This document shows, piece after piece, positions 24,131 through 35,312 of a DNA stretch of 41,802 bases. Source of the DNA: Reclinomonas americana ATCC 50394. Lineage: Eukaryota. A program made the translations under genes and the position numbers. Below the pieces are notes generated by a model. That model ran no database searches. It saw nothing but the letters and a program-made list of their open reading frames with translations, and had not been told where the DNA came from. The DNA lies in assembly GCA_048213135.1 (NCBI GenBank), contig PS015127.1:1-41802 (forward strand). Direction: 5' to 3'. Every line of letters begins with the position of its first letter. Position 1 is the first letter of the stretch.

Positions 24131-24299
24131 CGCGAAGGGTTTCCTATGTTTTGGCGGTCGATGTGTGCTCGCGTCCGCTCTGTCCTGGGTCGCATGCCGT
24201 TAAGATGGGTTTTTGCGCCATTTGGCGAGAGAAAAAAGCAATTTTGGTGTTTTTTGTTCTTGCGCACGCCACATTCGCCTCACACGCTCAGCCACTCAC

Positions 24300-27200
24300 A
24301 TGGACAAGCTATTTGAGTGGTACGACAACCTCGCCAAGGTGGCCTTTCTCGATGAGGATCCCACTCCCGATCTCGAGCAGGTGTGCTTGTCTCTCTCTCT
24401 CTCTCTCTCCGAGAGTGTGCAACTTTCGCCCTCTCACGCACTCTCTCGCGTGTGCACAGCTGTGTCACGACCGAGGCATTGCCACGTTCACCGATCCCGT
24501 GTTCCCTCCGTACAACGAGTCACTGAGTCGCGATGAGGCGTCTCCACTACATGGCACGTGCCAATGTCGGCGCATTGGTTGTGTGTTTCCTCTTCCATGC
24601 GTGCTCATGGTTTCTCTTTTCGTTTCTTTGTGCGTAGAGGACTGTGCGCGATGGATTCGTGCGAGCGAGCTGACGGATGAGCATGGCGATCCGCTGACTG
24701 TGCTCGGAAATGTGCCCACGTCACACCAGCAAATCTATCAGAATCGAGTGGACTCGGGCGAGTTCTCCACCTTCCTCACAGGTCAGTGAGCGCACAAGCG
24801 GGCAGGCAGGGGCGAGAGAGATGTCACGGGGTGTTGCATGGTGGTTCCGAAGCGGAGGATGAGCGTTGTCTTTCTTGCGACTGCACTTGCCACTCGGAAG
24901 CCGCGAGTGCAATATTTGTTTTCGCGGGGTGGAATGTGTGGTGGATGCAGTGAGGCTGTGTGAGAGAAAAGGGGAGCGTGTGTGTGCACCCAATGGGGTG
25001 AAGTGCCCGCCGAATGGCATGAGCGAACAGCATCGGAAGAACTCGTCTCGCGTGACACTGACCACATCATGCCGTTGTGTGTGTGCGCGTGGTGCATTGC
25101 AGCGTTGGCCGGTGATGGAACGCGGCTGCAGCAAATGATCTCATGCCCCTCTGACGGCTCGCTCGGCTTGTTGCGTGTCGTGACGGTGTTTGTGTGTTTG
25201 TGTGTGTGTGCAAAATCCACTTGCGATTGACTGACTGATGTTGTTGCAGTTACACTGTGCGATTCTTTGTTGGCGGTCGCCCGTGCTACGTGGTGATTGA
25301 CGACGAGTTCCCCGTGGACGAAGACGGCACCCCCGTGTCGCTCTACTCTGGTGCGACTGTCCATTCTTGCTCCACTTCTCGCTTTGCAAGCTCACCTGTT
25401 TCTCTCCAGAACACGCACTGTGGCCGATGATCCTGGAAAAGGCGTACAGCAAGTTGTGCGGCCACTATGACGCCTTGCGTGTATCTTTTGAGGGCCAGTC
25501 GCCAGCCTCCTCCACTAGACATCAGTTGTACGCTGGTGAGTTCCCTCGAAGTATCGTTGACGCGGCGCAAGCGTTCTCATTAAAACAACACCACCACACA
25601 GAGCACGTTCCAGTGCCGGCCGGAACGCTGACCGTGTTTGATTTTGTGCGCGACTTTACCGGCTTGCCACATCACGACCTGTTGCGTTGTGTTTACGGTT
25701 GCTTGTGAGTCTCCCGTTGCGCTGAGCTTACAGAATTTCGTCCACCGACAGCAAGCTGAGCATGGACCAGTTGGACGAGTGCTACGCGGCGCTGGAGGGC
25801 ATTCTTGAGGCTGGGTGCGTTGCGCACCATAGTAACCTTCGTCGTGCTACATGCTGACGATGATTCGTGCAGCGGCGTGATTCTCGCGCACTGGCGCGAT
25901 CCGACGCAAGAAGAGATTGAGGACAACAACGAGCCGCCGTTTGACGAGGTGAATTCGAGCGACTTGCAAAACGCAGTGCATTGCGTGTCTCTCAACATTA
26001 GCTGCACAGGGCTGGGGATGTGTAACGCGCATGTATCGTGTCCGTGGCGTGCACGCCATTCTGCATGTGGTGCCGTTTACATCCAACAGACGTGCGTACA
26101 CTTTAGTCGCTCCTTTGCACCGCGATGTTTTGCCTGACCGCCGCACGCATTGCTGAAGCATTCGAGGGCAAGTGGTACGCCGAGTCCATGCTGTGGGGAG
26201 ACTTCCCAAAGGAGAGAGCGCTGCTGGCGGTGGGCAGTGACGACCAGGGTGTGTGGATGGAGATGGACGAGGTGGCCACGTACTGCGACAAGCTGTTGGT
26301 GGCCGCCGAAGCCACGCAGGAGATGCCACACAAGGTGGCAGTGTCGGTGAGTGGCTGTCGGGTACGAGAAAACGGATGAAAACGAAGGAGGGTGTGCTGA
26401 ATGGTGATGGTCGGGCAGGGCTACAACACGGGCGACCTGGTGCACGAGACTGAGGCGCAGTACTTTTTGCAACTATCCGAGGCACTCGACAATGTTCCTG
26501 TGCACTTCAGTCTTCTGGGCGGCGACCAGCGCTTCAACATGCGACAGCAACTGCGTGTCTGGCGGTTGCCGAATGGTGAGTTTCTTTCGAAGCAAGAAAA
26601 AACTCCATGCTGTGCTCTCACCTTTGCGCGCAGCATCTCGGCATCAAGTGCACAGCTTCGATGCGCTGGAGGAGGTGACACACATGGCCATGCAAGGTAC
26701 ACTGGCGCACGTGCATGTTTTACCTTTCAAGAACACTTTATTCTCACACGTCGAGCAGACGGCCTTCCGGGCGGCAACTTCCTGGTCGTGCCCTTCATCT
26801 CATCTCCATTCACACAATTCCGCCTCGTGGTGGCGTCGGCCGCTCCATTTAAGATACACTCCCGCTTGTGTGCTCTCGGTCATTGTGCTACCATTGTGTA
26901 CCCACAAAGCATTCTTTTTTTCTTTCGCTTGCGTACTTCTCAGCATTGACGGACGAGGCGGTGGAGGAGCTGAGGGGGCACTTTGCTGGAGCTGAGTTGC
27001 AGGGAGGGCGATTGAAGGCCGTCAACACGCACCGTCTGTTCCATCGCATGGGTGCGTTCACCAAAAGCAGGCCCTTTTCTTTCCCTCCAGCCTCTCCTCA
27101 CGAGAAATTGCAGGTCAATTCATCACCGACCGCGAGTTCCGTGCGCTGCTGAAGAGCAGCGACCTGACGGGTGTTGAGCTGCTGGATTTCGACGAAGTGG

Positions 27201-27572
27201 TGGTGCTCGTCTCCAGTTTCTGGATGGTGCGTTGGCGGAGATGTCGTGCGAGTGTGGGGCGGCGTCTTACTCGATTTCTCTTCGCAGGCCGAGTCGGCCA
27301 AGCGCAACCTCCTCCAACAATCGTTCCGCACCATTGACAAGGAGGGCAGTGGAGTGGTGCGCGCACAAGAGCTGAAGGTGCTCTTCAAGTCGCAAAAGAA
27401 GGCACCACCGAGCTCCGAGGTTTGCGGAGAGAACCCATCGGCGTCAACTTCTTGTCTCTCCTCTGACCCTTGCGTGATGTCGCCGCAGATCGACCAGCTG
27501 ATTGCCGAAGCCGATAAGAACGGCGACGGGCGAATCGTGTACGACGACTACATCCACAGCATCCTCAAGTGA
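24300..27572 (+). CDS. Calpain-like pseudoprotease: CysPc (triad absent) + C2-like region + C-terminal calmodulin-like four-EF-hand domain
   Basis: FTDPVFPPYNESL; WIRASEL; GFYTVRFF...VVIDDEFP; LWPMILEKAYSKLCGHYDAL; DFTGLP; FEGKWYAESMLW...DDQGVWMEM; LPGGNFLVVPF (C2L-like); EF loops DKEGSGVVRAQE and DKNGDGRIVYDD. Confidence 0.88.
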
Positions 27573-27664
27573 GTGAGCTAAGCCGTGCGGGCGACACAGG
27601 AGCGAGCGAAAAATGCAGCGAGAGGAGGGTCACATGCGTAAAAAATATCGATAATCCGTCATGT

Positions 27665-28547
27665 TCATCTACTGTCGTCGCGCTTCTTGTGCTGGTCGAT
27701 AAACTCGGAGCACAGGCGCTCGTACTCGTCGCCATACTTGAGCAGATGCATGACGTGCGCCGACTCCTCAAACACGTGCTGTGTGTGCAAGTTGAGTGAG
27801 GGGGAAAGAACACGCTACCTGCACGTCACGCATACCTCGGTGACCTCTGCTCCCTTCTTGCTCTGCAGCGCTCGCACCACTGGTCTGATTGTTGTGGGTG
27901 GAATCAGCTTGTCGCCATTCGAGTACAGGAACAGCGTTGGAGAGCGGCTCTGCATGTCACACATGAGATGAAGATGATGATGAAAGAGGAGAGGCGTGCA
28001 CTCCCACAAATAAACCTCAGTGACGAATCGCCGCATGCGACGCCACCGCACCGGCCCATCAACAATCTCCGACACAAAGCTGCCGGGGATCAACACAAAC
28101 GGCGACCAGAACCAATGAAACATCTGCGGCCGATTGAGGAAGCTGGAGACGGCGGCGGCCGCCGACCCCACCGCGCGATACGCCGACGCCGTCAGTCGCC
28201 ACCACATCGACGGATCCGCNNNNNNNNNNNNNNNNNNNNTCCACGACGCTCCTTTTCTCGCACACACACACAGATGTCATCAACACTGATGCAGCAACGA
28301 CAGGAAGCGACACTGATGCACCTCCCCATCCCATCACCGCCACCAACACCGCCGCCTGTCTCTGCTGCTGCTGCGTGCTCGAGAGGCGATAGACACCACG
28401 TCGCACGAGTTGCGCATGCGGCAAAACGGCTTTCACTGTAGCCTCGCGGTCGTCCACGCGAAACGCCTTTTGGTACATGCGGTATACGGTGACGCAGTAG
28501 GCGAGAAGCACCGCCGGCGACGAAGACAACAAAAGCGCGGCAAACAT
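27665..28547 (-). CDS. TMEM53 / DUF829 family alpha/beta-hydrolase-like protein (middle hidden by gap)
   Basis: VAVMGWGGA near the N-terminus, PTLFLYSNGDKLIP, and last exon HVFEESAHVMHLLKYGDEYERLCSEFI match remembered DUF829 motifs (GW.G; LYS..D..IP; F..S.HV.H....Y). Confidence 0.8.
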
Positions 28548-28639
28548 TGCGAAACGAGAGACAAATGACGCTGCGAGAGCCGCGCAATTTCACTTTTCGG
28601 CGGTGCCTTTTTTGTTGTTGTTGTTTTCGTGTGAGTGGA

Positions 28640-28837
28640 ATGAGTGAAGAAGTGACTGCGGGAGGAGGAGGAGGAGTGCCACCGCCTCCGTCGATTGATC
28701 CTCCGCCGCCGCCGCTTCAAGCGGTGGCGTTTGAGCAGAAGCGGAAGTCGTCGACGCTGCGAATGTCAAAGTTTACGCTGTCGGTGAGCGAGAGAGAACG
28801 AAGGAGGTGTGTGTGTGTGAGAAAGAGTCAAGTGTGC

Positions 28838-28874
<37 letters not shown>

Positions 28875-31800
28875 GGATGCTGATCCAGCGTCGGCGCCCT
28901 CGAACCTCAAACAAGAGGCGTTCTCTGCGCACACAATTGCTCTCGAGCAACCGGTGAGTCACTTGCTCTCACACAACACGCACACACACACACAGAGAGA
29001 GAGAGAGAGGAGAGAAAGCGGAACAAAAGCGATCAGATCTCGTGATCGCTCTGTCCCTTTCTTCTTCCCTCTCTTCTCTGCCTCTCACACGTGCACAAGC
29101 ATGCACTGTCACTCATCACTCTCTCTCTCTCTCTCGCACGTACACGAGCATACAGCTCATTCGTATGCCCACACACATCACTCTTGATCGCTCACTCTCC
29201 TCTCCCTTCCCACTCCTCCCTTCCTTCTCTCTCCTCCCTCTCTCCCCTCCCTTCCCTCCTCTCCCTCTCCCTCTCCCTCTCCCTCTCCCTCTCCCTCTCC
29301 CTCGCAGGTCGCCCTGCGCCCGGATTACGAGAACAAGGGACACGAGTTGTATGATCGCGGCCTGGTGGAGCTGCAGCACAAGGCGCACAAGGCCAAGGCG
29401 CGGGAGGAGGCGCGATTGAAGCAGGAGGAGGCGGCGATGCGTGCCAAGCCATCAGTGTCGCCTCGTGCGCGCAATCATCGCAACGGGCAGACGTTTGCCG
29501 ACTACAATGCCACCTGGGTTCGTGGTGTCGCAAGGGAGGAAGAGTTGTGTGATGTGTGTGGCTGACTGTGGCCTGTGTAGAGGAGGGAGCGAGAGGAGAA
29601 GCTGGAGCGGGCTCGACTGGCTCGGGCGGCAGTGGAGCAGCGAGAGGAGACGTTCCGACCGCAGCTGTCGGAGCGCTCCAAGGAGCTGGCGACGCACGTG
29701 GAGCGTCCGGATATCTTTCGTCAGTGGGATGAACACGGCAGTGCGTTGTTGCTTCATGTCTCTCTCTCCATCAGTGTGTGTCTCTGTGCTGTTGCTGAGT
29801 GGTGGATGATTCGGCAGTGGTGTATTTTGAGAAGAAGCAGGATCGGCCAGTGGATGGTGAGTTGTGCGGCAATGCAGGACTGACGGTGTTATGTGTCTCA
29901 CCAAGCGTACGCAGCACCATTCACGCCCAACATTCACCCGCGGAGTGCCGACATGCAGCGACCCGGCAACATTCACGAGCGCCTCTACACGCTGGGTGTG
30001 GAGAGGCAGACTCGAATTGAGCAGGTGAGAAAGGGAGGGAAGGCGGAGGGAAGGGATGGGAGAAGGAGATGATGAGGGAGACATTTGTTTGTGTGGGAGA
30101 AGTTGTATGCCCATGGGTTCCGAGCATGTCGTTGGCTGCGAGGAGAGTGAGATAGTTGCTGGCAGTGTGGGAGACCAGAAGTTCTTGTGCTGTGGAGGAT
30201 GGGAGAATCACTGTGCCACTAGTTCAACTCTGGTTCACGATGACGCGAGTATGCGAGAGGCGCAGTGCAGGTTTACTTTGTCGATCGTCTCTGAGGTTGA
30301 CATTGTATGTGGCTTCTTCGTCTCGCTCTGCGAATCGTCCTGGTGGTCTCTCCTCTCCCTGGCAACAGTTCCTTCACTCTTTGAATCTTCTCATTTTTCC
30401 AAAGCTGGCGAAGGAACGGTTCGTTGTTCGCCTAGCTGTTCCTTGGTTCACTGTTTGAGTCTTCTCATCTTTGAAGCAAACGATGGAAATCGTGCGTTGT
30501 TCCCCCCTGTCCCACTTGCTGTTCCTTGTCTCGCTCTGCGTCATCTCATTTCCGAAGGCTGACAATGGAAATGGTTCATTGTTCTCTCATCTTCCGCCTT
30601 GCAATTCTTTATTCTCGCTCTGCGAACCGTCTCATTCTTAGAAGCTGACGAAGGAACGGTTCATTGTTCTCACGTTTCTCTCCTCCCCCTCCCTCTCCTC
30701 TCTCCCTCCCTCCCTCACTTCTCCCTCTTTGCCCGCACCCCGCAGCTCCACATGGACAAGCGAGAGCAAGAGGCCGTCCGCGGGCCACTCGACATCACCT
30801 CGGCGGTGGACCTGACGCTGCCGGCGGACGCGTTGAGCCACGATTCGCTGGACGGCTCGATCATATCGTACGACAGTCGGCGTAACGAGGAGCTTTATCA
30901 GCTTGGTGTGTGTATTCACATCGTGTGTGTGTGTGTGCGCGCGCGCGTACTCATTGTGTGTTGTCGTGGACAGGCACGGAGAAGCTGCGCGAACGGTACG
31001 CCAGTTTGGAGTTCACCGAGGCCGAGCACTGTACATTTTCTCCAGAGACCAACGTGCACTCGGAACGCATCGCCCGACGAGTTGCGTGAGGGTGCCAATG
31101 TGGAGATTCTCTCTGCTTTCTGCTTCTTCTCATCAGTGCAACACAACAGCTCGCCCGCAAACCGCTCTACTCGCCTCGCTCACCTCCGGTGCCCGCGCAA
31201 CTGGCTGCCTCACCGTCGCCAACACAGCCGGCGTCACCGCGAGGCCTGTCGCGAGAGTTTGTGACGAGATACGAAAAGAGCGTTGCGTTGCATTCCTCTC
31301 TCGACTGTCTCCTCCATTGCCGNNNNNNNNNNNNNNNNNNNNNNNNNNNNNNNNNNNNNNNNNNNNNNNNNNNNNNNNNNNNNNNNNNNNNNNNNNNNNN
31401 NNNNNNNNNNNNNNNNNNNNNNNNNNNNNNNNNNNNNNNNNNNNNNNNNNNNNNNNNNNNNNNNNNNNNNNNNNNNNNNNNNNNNNNNNNNNNNNNNNNN
31501 NNNNNNNNNNNNNNNNNNNNNNNNNNNNNNNNNNNNNNNNNNNNNNNNNNNNNNNNNNNNNNNNNNNNNNNNNNNNNNNNNNNNNNNNNNNNNNNNNNNN
31601 NNNNNNNNNNNNNNNNNNNNNNNNNNNNNNNNNNNNNNNNNNNNNNNNNNNNNNNNNNNNNNNNNNNNNNNNNNNNNNNNNNNNNNNNNNGGGCCCGGGC
31701 GCCTCCTCTGTGTCATCCTCGTCACCGACGCCGTCTGTCGATGAGTCGCGCACGAACGAGGCGCTGAGCAAGATCGAACAGTACCTGGTGCAGCAGAGTC

Positions 31801-32327
31801 GCACACCGCGAACTCTCCTGGCTCGGTCGCCACCCCCTCCTCCTCCCGCTCCACAATCAGCCGCATCACCGCCGCCACCACCACCACCACTACCCGGACC
31901 TGCAGCATTCTCGTCGGCCGCATCGATTCGCAGCCAGTTCTCGCCGCCACGCGTGCTCTCCGAAGACGCCAACTCCATCCTCAGTGCCATCTCGCTGCGC
32001 GACATTCTCATGACGCCTGCATCGGGCTCCGCCGCGCCCGCCTCCTTCATCCCAACTCCGACCACGCTGCGACGTTCGCCTCCAGCGTCCACGACTGCAC
32101 CCGTGTCGCGCACACTCCAACAGTCACCGCGACCGCTGTTCCCCGTCGACTCGGGTGACTCGCCACACAGCAGCAGGTCACCACCGCCACCAGCACGTCC
32201 GATATTGACCAGGACATCTCCGCCCAGCAGCAGCACCGCGGAAGTGGCCGAGTCCGATGGCGCCACTCGCGGCGACTCGCTAGACGACTACCTGGCCAAT
32301 GTCACCATGCGATATCTGAAGGCTTGA
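28640..32327 (+). CDS. Hypothetical multi-exon protein with coiled-coil segments, repeated F.P / LY motifs and a Pro/Ser-rich tail
   Basis: Exons join in frame through GT-AG junctions: MSEEVTAG..., GHELYDRG, REETFRPQLS, PFTPNIHP...NIHERLY, RNEELYQLG, HCTFSPETN; ends YLKA-TGA. Confidence 0.65.
30401..30668 (+). repeat. Degenerate ~80-bp-period tandem repeat inside an intron
   Basis: GAAGCTGACGAAGGAACGGTTCATTGTTC-like core near 30402, 30473, 30554 and 30641. Confidence 0.7.
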
Positions 32328-32655
32328 AATGAAAGCGTCGAACGTAAATGGTCAATTCGTTTGGCGGTTTTAAACAAGCAGTCTGTCCGGAACCACTTTT
32401 CACCCCAAGCGCAAGGCAAGGCAATCACGCGCGTGCCACGCACTTTTCACCCTCTCTCTCGCTGGTTTTCGCAGTCACTCACACAGAGGTGAGTGTGGAT
32501 CCGTGTGTGAGCGTGTGCGTGCGTGACAAGCGTGTACGAGAATCGCACATTCAGACCGTTTTTCATTCGCGCACGCACACACACAGCGTGAGAGAGAGAT
32601 GGGTGCGTGTGGATGTCGTGGACTCGGTCACTCGACAACTGCCTTTTCGACGGTG

Positions 32656-33664
32656 ATGTCACCCGCGTCGTCGACTTCATCGTCGTCCGTCGCATCGGCG
32701 ACCACGGGCGTGACCACTGCGACAGCGACCTATCAGCGTGCCAGTGTGCGAAGGAGGCGCAACCGATCCATCAAGTCTCTCAAGAGCAATCCGCGCGCAG
32801 CAATGTACGCAGCGGGGAACGTGTCAGAGGCCACTGCGGTGTGCGGGACGCGAGCAAGTGTGTGTNNNNNNNNNNNNNNNNNNNNNNNNNNNNNNNNNNN
32901 NNNNNNNNNNNNNNNNNNNNNNNNNNNNNNNNNNNNNNNNNNNNNNNNNNNNNNNNNNNNNNNNNNNNNNNNNNNNNNNNNNNNNNNNNNNNNNNNNNNN
33001 NNNNNNNNNNNNNNNNNNNNNNNNNNNNNNNNNNNNNNNNNNNNNNNNNNNNNNNNNNNNNNNNNNNNNNNNNNNATCAGAGGCACCAATTGTGCAACAC
33101 GAAGCGTGGCTGCTGAATCAGTCGGCTCCGGCACCGCGTCTGAATTTGCTCGCCGACGACATGACGGGCAGCGAGTATCGCGTGCGCATGGAGATGACGA
33201 CAGTGTGGAACGGCCATGCCACAACTCCTGCCGTCGTGGCTCCCGCCGCAACAACAACCGCGGCAGCCGCGGCAGTGAAAACCGCAGCAGCACCGCCCGC
33301 TGTTGCTGGCACCACTGGCAGTCGAGTACAACCGCTGCTGAGCTCTTCGTGGCTGCGCATGCTCGGCAACGATGTGCTGACGGAGGAGGAGGAGGATTTA
33401 GAAGACAGCCAGGATGAGATATCGTCAATCGGCACCGTGCAACAGCTACTGCAGTCGCGCAAATCAGGCAGCGTGCGGAGCGCGCGAGCGGTCAATCGCA
33501 GCAACGCCAGCATGCGACCACGGCATCAGAGTCAAACTCTGGCTCCCGTGGCCAACAACTTTGACGATGACGATGACGACGAGGAGGAGGACGAAGACGA
33601 GGAGAATGACGGTGCTGATGCTGATCGCAGCAGTGCGGCCGACAAGGAGAGCGAAAGTGATGAT

Positions 33665-33696
<32 letters not shown>

Positions 33697-34615
33697 CGAC
33701 GACGACGTTGTCAAGACCACGAAGAAGGCGGAGCGTGAGGAGGCAGCGGCAAGAGCGAAAGCTGCTAGCGGCACTGCGTTCCCGATTGTCGTGCGTCGGC
33801 GAAAGCGACAGCGGCAACAACAGCAGCAAGAAGAACAACAACAGCAAAAGCAGCAGGAGCAGGATTTGGTGTGCGCAGATGTACCGCAGTTACTGGAGCC
33901 GACGGCGTCGGATGGCCTGGCCAGTGTGCTGCGTGTCGAGGCGCCGCGTCTCACCACCTCGGCTGCATCGGTGGAATTTACTGCAACAACGGAACCGCTG
34001 CGTGCGCTGCCGTGGCGCCCACTGCCACACACGCAGCTGTCGCCACTTGTGGGTGACAATGACGACGATGACGACGACAAGGAGGAGGAGGACGAGGACG
34101 GGGATGGTGACGACGATGATCGTGGCTACGGCAGTGCCGCTGGTCCACGGCGATCGTCGTTGAGACCAGCGCGAAGGAGCATGGATCTGAGTGCACAAGG
34201 ACTGAGTTGCCAGATGGAGACCACCGTTCGCCGCTATTCCATGTCGGCGTCGGTGACCACTGGATCGCGACCTCCACTGCAATCGGCTCTCGTGCTCGGA
34301 CCAGCGGCGGCGCCGCGACAGAGTGCGGTGATTGTCGGCGACGACCGAATGTCCACGTCCTCGTCGCCGCAGCTGCAGGAACGGAATCGCACCAAGTCAC
34401 GCAAGTCGGTATCGTTTGCCGGCGAAGCCGCACAGGAGCTGGCGACGCGAGTGGTTCGCGCACGAGCTGACGCGCCGCCGCCGCCGTCAGAGTCGCCACC
34501 ACCACCACCACCAGCGGCAGAGGAACTAATTGAGTGTCAACCACCTCTGCAACTGGTGATCGGGGGCGACAACGAGATGAGAGACGAAGGAGCGAAGCAA
34601 TGCTGCGAGGAATGA
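32656..34615 (+). CDS. Hypothetical intrinsically disordered acidic protein (poly-D/E/Q tracts)
   Basis: Probable first exon from ATG 32656; a stop-free frame of about 1.5 kb after the gap with coding-like composition ends TGA at 34615. Confidence 0.65.
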
Positions 34616-34690
34616 ATATGGTGAATAATGTGAGACAAAGCACCAAAAAAAGAGGAGAAAGAGAGAGAGGTGTGCAGCGGTGTTCGACAA

Positions 34691-35008
34691 TCACACGATA
34701 GTACACTTGCAACCGGTGCTGGCCGGTGCATTCTGACTACCGCCGCCGCTGCCGCTGCTGCCGCTCTTCGGTGGCATGGTGTACACGAGAACCAGCACAG
34801 AGCCATCGGCGAGGTTGCACTCGCCCAGCGTCTTGTTGTCCTCGACGACCGTTGCGCGATCGGGATCGGTGGGGAGCATGAGGCGTTGCGTCTCGGCCGC
34901 GATGCCCTCCTGTGCGGCGACCTTGTCCTTCACCGCTCTCACCGTGTCGGTGGCCTCCACCTCTAGGTTGAAAGTGCGACCGTTGAGGAGCTTGATGACG
35001 ATGCGCAT
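34691..35008 (-). CDS. Single-exon ubiquitin-like protein with C-terminal CAAX box (membrane-anchored ubiquitin-fold type), 105 aa
   Basis: MRIVIKLLNGRTFNLEVEATDTVRAVKDKVAAQEGI...QRL...EDNKTLGECNL..GSVLVLV aligns with ubiquitin; no diGly; Gly/Ser linker, then CKCTIV-stop; gccATG context. Confidence 0.88.
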   Translation of the reverse strand: MRIVIKLLNGRTFNLEVEATDTVRAVKDKVAAQEGIAAETQRLMLPTDPDRATVVEDNKTLGECNLADGSVLVLVYTMPPKSGSSGSGGGSQNAPASTGCKCTIV

Positions 35009-35312
35009 GGCGATCGCGCGAGGAAGCGAACAATACCGATATCGAAGAAAAGAGGACGAGGACAAGCACGGCGAGCGTGTGACGCGGAGGTGAGGACTCT
35101 CTGTATTGAGGATTATTGCTGTGCAAGAATTAGGTGGCGTCAGGCGAACGTCAAGACCACTCGCGGTCGGAGGAATCGAAGTTTAACATTAATTCACGTT
35201 AGGATCCGGAACGATATCGATCTTGCACCACCGCAGCAACATGATTTATTATATTTACACCAGTCACTGTAACGGCACCACACTCTCTCACAGACTCGCA
35301 CAGCGATATCGA

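Noticed and set aside
24554-24637. Possible GC-AG intron (G|GCACGT) in the calpain-like gene
   Set aside because: A same-phase GT donor at 24578 gives a typical 60-nt intron, so a GC donor is not required.
34598-34615. C-terminal CCEE as a prenylation signal
   Set aside because: The acidic terminal residues do not fit CAAX and the protein is not a Rab.
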